From NCBI GenBank assembly GCA_049314435.1, contig JBMOFD010000007.1, forward strand, positions 1-38,031: a stretch of DNA of 38,031 nucleotides, written 5' to 3'. The position numbers and the translations under genes are program-made. The DNA comes from Chlamydiia bacterium (GTDB lineage: Bacteria; Chlamydiota; Chlamydiia; Chlamydiales; JBMOFD01). Shown here piece by piece: positions 1-7,835 of this stretch. Position 1 is the stretch's first letter; every line of letters starts with the position of its first letter. The notes under the pieces were generated by a model that worked only from the letters and a program-made list of their open reading frames with translations, did not search any database and was not told where the DNA came from.

Positions 1-3000
1 CCTGAGTTCTTTGATTGCGAGGCAACGCAGAGGGAGTTGGACGAGCAGCAGGATACATGGTTCGAGTGTGACTCCGAAGATCAGATCCCTGATGAATTCT
101 CGGAAACGGTCTCTGAGCTCTCTTCAGATACAGACTCTGAAGCATATGCCGATGCCTCCTCAGAACCATCCTCACCCGATGGCCTAGAGGTGCAGCTTCC
201 ATTGGGCTGTGATCACCGCGTGGCAGATCTATTGCATCACCTTGTGCGCAAGGACTTGCCTGAAGCTGTGGCCAGTCTGACGCGTGGCGATCCTGCAGAA
301 TGGCCACGCCTACTGCCGCTTCTATGGGACGCTATCCTCAATCAACCATCAGCTCAACAACGGATTCAGCTGTTTGCAGAAGTGCTGAAACTGCTGAAGA
401 GGCTCGATTTCGACCGTGGCATGAGTGAGCCCTCCTCAGCAACTCGTATGATTGCTTCCGCCTTCGAGGGCTCCTTTCTAGAAGAGGGACAAGCCTTATG
501 CCAAAGGATACGCGCCGACTTCCAACAGGAAATCATTCCGGCTGCCGATGAGACCGCCCGTGCCATGATCAGAGATATCGCTGCCGGTCTGTTTGAGGTG
601 GTGAAGCTCTATGCCTGGGACCATGTGGATGCGCCTAACCTCCATTCGTTCCTCAACGATCAGTATATTCCATGGATCGATCTGCTGGGGTCCTTGCAGG
701 ATCCAGCTGCGCTCCAGAAGGAGCTCGGCAACATGGTCTGCTCTGTCGGGCGACGTAATCAGAGCCGCTCTCAGGAGGGCCTAGCCCAAATGGATGCCAT
801 GATCGAACGGCTTCTCAAGCCGTTCGTTGAGCGCTACCAGCAGCTACGCTCGCCATCTTGGCAGGACCAGTCAGTGGAGCGACTCTCCGTTGAAAGCTTG
901 AACTGGGTGCTCACGAATGTCAAAAGGGACTCGCTCTTCTCCCACCTACTTACGTCATGGCCTCGTCCCAGTGATTCGATGGAGCATGGAGTGAAGTACA
1001 TGGGCCAGCTGGTTCAGCTGGCTCATCTAAGAAATGCGCATCGTCTCCTGATCCCACCCGCTGACGCTCGTCGGCAGTTGGCGGAGAGGGCAGCCGCCGT
1101 TTGCTGGCCCACGTTAGTGGATCTAGAGGGATTCACCAACTTTGTTGCGGAACATGTTCGTGACATCTTCCATGTCTATGGCAGCGACAACGATCGCCTG
1201 ATCGTGCTCCTCATCGACGCCGTGACCCAAGGGAAACTGCAAATCTCACCCAACGACCTCTACATGCGGCTACAACAGCTGAGACAGACTTCCGACTTAA
1301 TGCAGCGCGCTCGTGAGAAGATTTTCCAACTGGGTGTGGAGATCTCGTTTGCTAAAGGGCAAGCACCATCGGAAGCCGATCTTGTGACGCTCCTTCGCTT
1401 GGAGAGTGTGTGTGATGAAGCTGATGGATCTGGAGATGGCTTAGGGGCCATGCTGGCCGCTGATATCTTTGAGAGTAGGCTCCTACGTATCACCCCATCT
1501 CTTGAACTTCTCACTTCCTTAAAGGCGCCCGAACGCCTGCGTATTCTCTCCTGGGCCCTGTTAGCTAAAGAGTCCAACGGCCGTATCGGGTCTGACGCGG
1601 ACATGTGTCAATCGATGGGAGAGGCAGCTGCACGATGGATTCAAGTCCTTCGCCAGGTGATCTCGACTGACTGTGATCCACAAGCTCGAGCTCTACTCGA
1701 CCTGCTCGATCTCATTCCTGAACAATCGGAAGGTCGTCATCATGCTCAGGTCAGGGACCTACTGTGTGGTTCCCGTGAAGTCCTCGTCTTCAGTCGACGG
1801 CTCCTCCAGCTTTGGAAAGATAGCTCGAACTCTATGAGTACTGCTAGTGAGACGGAGAAGGGGGAGACGCGACGTCGCTGGATCGAGTCTCTTACGGCGC
1901 TCTCTCCTGCGCTGGCGCCGCTACGCTATTTTCTGCCTCATTGCGATCGCGATGACGTGCATACCCTCCTACAAAACTTGGCGGTGAGCAGGGGCTTAGA
2001 TGGAAGCCAGAATCGCCAAGGATCCCAGTCGGATCTCATACAGCAGGAACTGATCTATGGCACGCTGGTAAGCCAGACCCTGTTGGCGATGCGAAAGCAG
2101 CCCTTGGCCGGTCTATCCCCCGCTGCGCTTCTCAGCCACTGTCTTGTAAGTCCCCAGCGAGCTTCCAGTTGCTGGAAGGGCTCGGAGCTCCTTTGGGCAG
2201 CACAACCCGCTATTCTGGCTCTCGTCGAGCGAGGTCACGTACAGGCCGTGGATCAGCTCCTTAACCGTGTTTTGTCCCTATCTTCGGGTGCGAGCGACTG
2301 TCTCTGTCTTCCTCTAGAAAAGGTGCCGACCCTGACTCAGATGGAGATCTATGACCGCCTGAGTGCTGTTTGGTTCATTGGCATTCTGGAGGCGGTCTCC
2401 AAGCATCTCCCTGAGGAGGCTGAAGCTCTCCATCACATCATGATCGAGCGGCATGTGCTGTCGCTGCCTCTGGGCATATCACCCGAGGAAATGGAGCGAG
2501 CTAGCCCAGGGGACCTGGATAAGCTACGAAGAAGGTGGCTCCATGAGGTCCTAGCCAATCTGCATGAGCAGGGGTTCTATAGGCGACTGCAGGTGCGTCG
2601 TGAAGAGGATGGGATGCCCTTGGATCTCCAAGGAGCCGCACGAGGCCTGCAGCTCGATGCGATCCTCGCCACCTCCATGCGACATTGCGAGGAGTGGATT
2701 GGGCTCATGACACAGAAGGGTGCTTCTACGACCCTTCCCAACATCGTGAAAGGAGCCTTGAAGAGCATCTATGATGTGCTCTCTTGCTGCCCGCTCGATA
2801 GTTTCCAGGCCTTCGTGGATGCGGAGTTCGACCTATTTGCCAAATATCGTGCCTTCGAACGGGCTGAGTTCGAGAAAAGTGAACAGAAGCGCAAGGAGTC
2901 CACACCTGACAAGGATGTGGGATCGTCGTCTGTGGCCAGCGGCTCTTCAGCTGAGAAAGCCAGTGCCCCAGAGGGGATCGCTATTCCCGAACAGATGATG

Positions 3001-4371
3001 GTCGCCTCTTTGAAAGGCCTGCTCAATGTGGGCAAGCTCGTACAAAACGCCTCCGATGAGGCTCTCCCCAAATTATGGAATGGTATCACGACCACTGTGT
3101 TGGGATATCTTCGTGAAAAGCATACAGAGGCCTCTACCAACAAGAACGAATCTCTGGCTCTCAAGCTCAGCACTGGGATCGCGGTGGTAGAGGCACTGGC
3201 CCAATCAAGCGCCTTCTCCAAGGAAGCTCTTCTTCACGTCTGCCAAGACCTGGCTCGGTTTAGCGACAAGATCCAACTCTCCGATGGGTTGGTGGCTACT
3301 ATCATCGAGGTGCTGCGGATCAGTGCGCCGCGAGTCCTCGACACGAGGGCGGCGGTGCAACTGATCTCTGATCTGTGGCCCATTGTGGAGCATGAGATCG
3401 GCAAATTCATGCCTCCAGATAAAGCTCGCCCTGAAGAGAGCTTCCGTCAGCTCCTGAAGCCTTGGAAGGAGATTCTCCTCGGGTCTGTGGCTCGTCTGGC
3501 ACCCAAATACGCAGCCAAGATCGTAGAGGGATTCCTCAGCGTGCTGCATGATTTGCCTCCCTTCGAGACGATGAAGCAGGAACATGGCATCACCTGCCTG
3601 CTCCGTTGCTGGCCCATCCTGAAGAAGAGCATGCAAACCGTTGCATGGAAGGAGCTCCAAAAGGAATGGATCAGCGATTTACGTAAAGAGGATTGCCCCA
3701 AATCAATGCTTGAGCCGATCGACGGCCTTCTCACTGCCCTTCGGGGTGTGGTTGTGCTAATCGATGAGCTGATCACCCTGGCCGGCAAGATCTGGCCACA
3801 GATCAAGGGTCTGCCACCGGAGACAAGGGACAAGGTCTTAGACCGCATTGAGATGAAGTCATTGGGGTGGGATGCGGTATGGGCCTTCGCAAGAGGCATC
3901 TGCAACTGTGGGCTCATCTTCTTAAGGCATCCGATCGACTCGACTCGAGCCGTATCCGCCGCATACCGTCTATGTAACGGGATATCCCCTGACAAGATTG
4001 TGGGCGAGATCAGTGGGCTGATCGGCAATAGCGCTCTCCCAGCCTTGGTCACCGAGGTCTATTCCAAGGCTGTCGGTGTGATCTTCCCGGAAGGACTGCC
4101 ACAACCAAAAAACATGAAGGAAAGTTCCGATGAAGTCCGTCTGCGTGAGGCTGCGGATACTGGTCTGCGCGCGCTACGTGGCGTGTTGACCCAGAAACCC
4201 GTGAAGAATGCGATCTGGTACGCCGTGGAGTTGCTAGCTGCTTTTGGACAGTACGTGCTCAAACAGAAAGATCTCGTTGGACTCATCCAAGCTAAGGTAG
4301 CCGGTGCTCAGTCACAGGGCACAACGAGCGGCACCGTGAACTTAAGTGACCGTCTGGATATAGATCTTTAA
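1..4371 (+). CDS. Large hypothetical, probably helical protein (>1,450 aa, 5'-partial) with acidic FFAT-like N-terminal region; candidate secreted effector
   Basis: Frame 1 is open from base 1 (PEFFDCEATQRELDEQQDTWFECDSE...), so the TTG at 37 is probably not the true start. Stop TAA at 4369-4371. No catalytic domain recognised. Confidence 0.8.
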   Translation, partial: PEFFDCEATQRELDEQQDTWFECDSEDQIPDEFSETVSELSSDTDSEAYADASSEPSSPDGLEVQLPLGCDHRVADLLHHLVRKDLPEAVASLTRGDPAEWPRLLPLLWDAILNQPSAQQRIQLFAEVLKLLKRLDFDRGMSEPSSATRMIASAFEGSFLEEGQALCQRIRADFQQEIIPAADETARAMIRDIAAGLFEVVKLYAWDHVDAPNLHSFLNDQYIPWIDLLGSLQDPAALQKELGNMVCSVGRRNQSRSQEGLAQMDAMIERLLKPFVERYQQLRSPSWQDQSVERLSVESLNWVLTNVKRDSLFSHLLTSWPRPSDSMEHGVKYMGQLVQLAHLRNAHRLLIPPADARRQLAERAAAVCWPTLVDLEGFTNFVAEHVRDIFHVYGSDNDRLIVLLIDAVTQGKLQISPNDLYMRLQQLRQTSDLMQRAREKIFQLGVEISFAKGQAPSEADLVTLLRLESVCDEADGSGDGLGAMLAADIFESRLLRITPSLELLTSLKAPERLRILSWALLAKESNGRIGSDADMCQSMGEAAARWIQVLRQVISTDCDPQARALLDLLDLIPEQSEGRHHAQVRDLLCGSREVLVFSRRLLQLWKDSSNSMSTASETEKGETRRRWIESLTALSPALAPLRYFLPHCDRDDVHTLLQNLAVSRGLDGSQNRQGSQSDLIQQELIYGTLVSQTLLAMRKQPLAGLSPAALLSHCLVSPQRASSCWKGSELLWAAQPAILALVERGHVQAVDQLLNRVLSLSSGASDCLCLPLEKVPTLTQMEIYDRLSAVWFIGILEAVSKHLPEEAEALHHIMIERHVLSLPLGISPEEMERASPGDLDKLRRRWLHEVLANLHEQGFYRRLQVRREEDGMPLDLQGAARGLQLDAILATSMRHCEEWIGLMTQKGASTTLPNIVKGALKSIYDVLSCCPLDSFQAFVDAEFDLFAKYRAFERAEFEKSEQKRKESTPDKDVGSSSVASGSSAEKASAPEGIAIPEQMMVASLKGLLNVGKLVQNASDEALPKLWNGITTTVLGYLREKHTEASTNKNESLALKLSTGIAVVEALAQSSAFSKEALLHVCQDLARFSDKIQLSDGLVATIIEVLRISAPRVLDTRAAVQLISDLWPIVEHEIGKFMPPDKARPEESFRQLLKPWKEILLGSVARLAPKYAAKIVEGFLSVLHDLPPFETMKQEHGITCLLRCWPILKKSMQTVAWKELQKEWISDLRKEDCPKSMLEPIDGLLTALRGVVVLIDELITLAGKIWPQIKGLPPETRDKVLDRIEMKSLGWDAVWAFARGICNCGLIFLRHPIDSTRAVSAAYRLCNGISPDKIVGEISGLIGNSALPALVTEVYSKAVGVIFPEGLPQPKNMKESSDEVRLREAADTGLRALRGVLTQKPVKNAIWYAVELLAAFGQYVLKQKDLVGLIQAKVAGAQSQGTTSGTVNLSDRLDIDL

Positions 4372-4390
4372 ATCGTAGATTTAGCCATCT

Positions 4391-4442
4391 AAGGGGGACT
4401 GGGGGACCACGTCCCCCAGTGGGGAGCGGGGGCAGGCCCCGC
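4391..4442 (+). repeat. GC-rich double-hairpin repeat, copy 1
   Basis: Perfect 10-bp stem ACTGGGGGAC-cac-GTCCCCCAGT (4398-4420), then GCGGGG-gcagg-CCCCGC. Similar to 4949-4997. Confidence 0.8.
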
Positions 4443-4452
4443 AATCTAGACC

Positions 4453-4917
4453 CTAGCTCACAGGAACGACCGGCGGGATCGGCCATGAGGATGGATCGGT
4501 CAACACGTGGATGATCTCAGGCTTCGGTGCGTAGCAGCGTGGCGTGAGATAGAACGGTCCAGCAGGAGCAGGTAACCAGTTGGACTCTAGGTCCGGTCCA
4601 GGGCTCTCCTGTTGGATATAGATCGTAAAGGACCCGTCTGCTGCTTTCTTCAGCGCTGGTGTATCGCTTCCCAACATGTATCGATTCAGAGCGTTCGGCA
4701 CGGTGTAGTTGTTCTGTGCGTCATACATCGTGATCGACCAGAACCCTGGAGGGAAGAAGGCCAGATCTTGCTTGAAGGTCATCTTGTACTTCTTGTTCCC
4801 CATCAAGGGATTGCCCAGCTGGTCCAAGTCATAGAGCCAGTAGACCGCTTCAGAGGGCGTGTTGGCCGTTAGGCCAAGACGTCCAACGACAGCTCGTGTG
4901 AGGTAGTCCGTTTTGGT
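4453..4917 (-). pseudogene. 5'-truncated DUF1214 (DUF1254/DUF1214 family) gene remnant
   Basis: Family-like sequence (DYLTRAVVGRLGLTANTPSEAVY, FWSITMYD, NRYMLG, DGSFTIYI, NWLPAPAGPF) extends upstream of the listed TTG to an in-frame TGA at 4920-4918. No start codon, signal peptide or N-terminal domain is present. Confidence 0.75.
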
Positions 4918-4948
4918 TCAATAGGACCGCTGATTGGAGTCCTCGAAT

Positions 4949-4997
4949 AGGGGGGCTGGGGGACGTAGTCTCCCAGCGGGGTGCGGGGCAGAGCCCC
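4949..4997 (+). repeat. GC-rich double-hairpin repeat, copy 2
   Basis: GCTGGGGGAC-gta-GTCTCCCAGC (4955-4977), then GGGGC-aga-GCCCC. Same orientation as copy 1. Confidence 0.8.
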
Positions 4998-5121
4998 TCT
5001 ATGTGCCGTAAGAGATACCACGATTTTCTCGGTCGACATACACTCCTATTAGCGACCCAGTCATTCGAGGCGGGTTGTAGAACAGTTCACGAACCCGGGT
5101 CGACTCCTCTCAAGGACCTAT

Positions 5122-6063
5122 ATGCAGATTCAACGCGTTGCAAAATGGCTAGCTATCGTCTCCATCCCGCTTTGTATCGGTATTGGTGTGGCGACGATCC
5201 CGTGGTGGAATACGGGCTCTTCAACGTACCGCGCGGCTGGCTCTCGCGAGATGGTGACCATCGCGATCCTCGCCAAGGATAAGGCGCATACCCTGCCCAC
5301 TTACCTCGAGTGCATTGAGCATCAGACTTGGCCGAAGAGCCAGACCTACCTCTACATCCGCACCAATAACAACAACGATGCGACGGCAGAGATCCTACGT
5401 ACATGGGTCGACAGGGTCCATGGACAATACCCCGAGATCTACTTTAATGATGCCCGAGTCGACCTGCCTGTAGAGAAGTACGGCCCACATGAATGGAACA
5501 CCATGAGGTTCCAAGTCCTCGGTCAGATCAGGAAGGACTCATTGGAGTGGGCACGCCAGCACAAGTCCAACTATTTTGTGGCTGATTGTGACAACTTCAT
5601 TCTGCCCGAAACGTTGGAGACGTTGGCGGCCACTCAGCTGCCCATGGTAGCACCTCTACTGCGATGCCATCGTAATGGCCCCTACTGTCCGACGGCTTAT
5701 TCCAACTACCACGCTGCTGTTGACCAGCAGGGGTACTATCGCGACGACCCGCTCTACTATTCGATCTGGAGGCAAGACGTGAAGGGATTGATTGAGGTGC
5801 CGGTGATCCACTGCACCTATTTCCTACGGCACGACGTCCTGGACAAGCTCTCCTACGATGATGGCAGCGGTCTCCATGAGTATGTGATCTTCAGCGCCTC
5901 AGCCCGTAAGCAGCATATCCCTCAGTACCTCGACAACCGCAAGGTCTACGGCTACATCACCTTTGCGGACAAGGCAGAGGACTTTAAGGTGGAACCCTGG
6001 TTAGCTGAGATCCGCAAGGCGACCCAGGGGACTAAAAAGGTCTCCTCCATCGCTCAGAGATAG
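5122..6063 (+). CDS. GT-A fold glycosyltransferase resembling the N-terminal domain of procollagen galactosyltransferase (COLGALT/GLT25D), with N-terminal membrane anchor
   Basis: VTIAILAKD, NNNDAT, DxD motif (FVADCDNFI), VAPLL, YSNY..GYY, EVPVIHCTY; hydrophobic segment around residues 10-29. Confidence 0.8.
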   Translation: MQIQRVAKWLAIVSIPLCIGIGVATIPWWNTGSSTYRAAGSREMVTIAILAKDKAHTLPTYLECIEHQTWPKSQTYLYIRTNNNNDATAEILRTWVDRVHGQYPEIYFNDARVDLPVEKYGPHEWNTMRFQVLGQIRKDSLEWARQHKSNYFVADCDNFILPETLETLAATQLPMVAPLLRCHRNGPYCPTAYSNYHAAVDQQGYYRDDPLYYSIWRQDVKGLIEVPVIHCTYFLRHDVLDKLSYDDGSGLHEYVIFSASARKQHIPQYLDNRKVYGYITFADKAEDFKVEPWLAEIRKATQGTKKVSSIAQR

Positions 6064-6068
6064 GTTCC

Positions 6069-6746
6069 ATGCGTTTCTTCCCCCTTTTCGTTACTTGTGG
6101 ACTGTTATCGATCGCTCCACAGCTGAGCGCTAACCGTTCTGGTCTCTCTCTGATCGACAGAGGCTATATTGCAGACTATCTCACCCACGAGGCTGCCTGG
6201 GCGGAGAGTCATGGTGCTCACAATGACGATCTAGGAGCTGGGATGCTCTACTACGCCCTGGCTTACATGAGAAAGGCTCAGCTCTGTGTCTGTCTAGGAT
6301 CTGGAGGAGGCTTTGTTCCGCGCATTATGAAGCAGGCACAACGAGATCTCGGGTTACATTCCGCTCGTACGATTCTTGTGGATGCTAACATAGGTGGGTA
6401 TGGTAGGCCCAAGTGGTTGGCACCAGATCATTTTTTTCGAACGGAGTATCCAGACGTCGAGATCATCATGGATCTGACTCAAAATGTGGCTTTGAGTCAT
6501 CCAGAGTGGCAGATTGACTACCTTCACATCGATGCCGACCATTCCTTCGAAGGGGCCTATCACGACTTTTGGAGTTATCTCCCCTTGATGAGCCGGCGAG
6601 GCATTATCACTTTCCATGACACCGGTAGTGACCAGCCTTGCGCCAAGATGATCGCCCATCTACAAAAACAGGGCTTTGAAATCGTGAATTTCAGAGAACT
6701 TGGGGCTGGGGTGGCGATCATCTATCCCTCCTCCAAGCTCCGTTAG
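6069..6746 (+). CDS. Class I SAM-dependent methyltransferase (Methyltransf_24-like) with predicted signal peptide
   Basis: LGSGGG glycine motif and IDYLHIDADHSFEGAYHDF..IITFHD; starts 5 bp after the glycosyltransferase stop. Confidence 0.8.
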   Translation: MRFFPLFVTCGLLSIAPQLSANRSGLSLIDRGYIADYLTHEAAWAESHGAHNDDLGAGMLYYALAYMRKAQLCVCLGSGGGFVPRIMKQAQRDLGLHSARTILVDANIGGYGRPKWLAPDHFFRTEYPDVEIIMDLTQNVALSHPEWQIDYLHIDADHSFEGAYHDFWSYLPLMSRRGIITFHDTGSDQPCAKMIAHLQKQGFEIVNFRELGAGVAIIYPSSKLR

Positions 6747-6791
6747 AGCGCTGGAGCTTCCCACGACGACGCGGAGATGAGGCGCATCGGA

Positions 6792-7835
6792 TCAGTCTTC
6801 CCTAGTCCAAGGCCATTGTGGTGGCTCTCCAGCCGGAGGCGTACCTTTGAGCAGCAAGTTCGACATGAACTGCTTGGCAAAGAGGATGGAGTGGGGGACC
6901 TGCCGCCTGAGGATAGGGTGCATGGGTTCACTCTGAGCCCACTGTAGGTAGGCCTCATCGATCCGCTGGCAGCCTCGCATCCTCTGTTCAAAGTTCTCCC
7001 AGATCAGATTCGTCCTGGTTAGAGTTTGCCGTGCAAGAGCTCCCTTCCAGAGCGTACCTTGATGCCCTCCGATGACCCACGCATCATCAGGCAGCACCGC
7101 TGCCAGCTGAGCTCGAAAGGCCGCACTGGCCCAACCATCGGAGTCGAGCCAGACCGGTACTGCAGATAACTCGTCCCCTAGGATCCAGAGTTGTGCTGGT
7201 CGCCAGTAGGCCACCACATGGTCTGGCGCATGTCCTCGTGTAGGCAGAACCACCAGGTCACCCAGGTCCCACCCATACCAAGTCGTCCCGTGGATAGGGA
7301 TCGCCTCAAGAGGTCGTTTCTCTAAGTCCTGTGTCTCTCCTAGAGGAGGCGGAACGGCATGAAGATCCCGACAGCGCAGCCGGATCGCTTCAAGCAGCGC
7401 TTGTGTCCAGAGAGTCGGGGAGGTCTGTCTCCAGTCAGCTAGCTTCGGGAAGGCGCGGATGCACTCCTCTCGGCAGATCCCGCTGCCCAGATCACAGACC
7501 TGCGCATACTCCGTCCAAAAGTCCGCGACGTAGTTCTCGTGCTGCCAAGACTGCGGATTGCTATGGGAAAGCCAAAAGCGGGAGGCATGTTGTTTGGGCA
7601 ACCCATAGAAGTGGTCGGGATGGCTGTGAGTGATCAGCCCGTGGTTGGGGGAGTGTGGTTCCTCGGGCCCATCGGGGCCTGCATCGATCCACCAGGTGCC
7701 GGTCGGTCCCTTGAGAATGAGCCTCGTCGCCCGTACGGCACGCTCCAGTCCCGCTCCGGCCTCAGCTGGACCTAAGATCCAGACACCGGGAAGAGACTCT
7801 TTCCAAGCTTCTGAGTCCAAGTGCAGACGACTCAT
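6792..7835 (-). CDS. MBL-fold metallo-hydrolase
   Basis: IDAG, THSHPDH (HxHxDH), GHAPDH, LGD and GGHQG motifs; ATGA overlap with the upstream uvrA-like gene. Confidence 0.8.
   Translation of the reverse strand: MSRLHLDSEAWKESLPGVWILGPAEAGAGLERAVRATRLILKGPTGTWWIDAGPDGPEEPHSPNHGLITHSHPDHFYGLPKQHASRFWLSHSNPQSWQHENYVADFWTEYAQVCDLGSGICREECIRAFPKLADWRQTSPTLWTQALLEAIRLRCRDLHAVPPPLGETQDLEKRPLEAIPIHGTTWYGWDLGDLVVLPTRGHAPDHVVAYWRPAQLWILGDELSAVPVWLDSDGWASAAFRAQLAAVLPDDAWVIGGHQGTLWKGALARQTLTRTNLIWENFEQRMRGCQRIDEAYLQWAQSEPMHPILRRQVPHSILFAKQFMSNLLLKGTPPAGEPPQWPWTRED

Noticed and set aside
37..39. TTG at 37 as start of the large protein
   Set aside because: The frame is open to base 1 and the GGAG lies immediately against the codon, so the gene probably starts outside the window.
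4391..4997. CRISPR array or IS element
   Set aside because: Only two repeats ~560 bp apart, with no spacer periodicity, cas gene, transposase or terminal inverted repeats.
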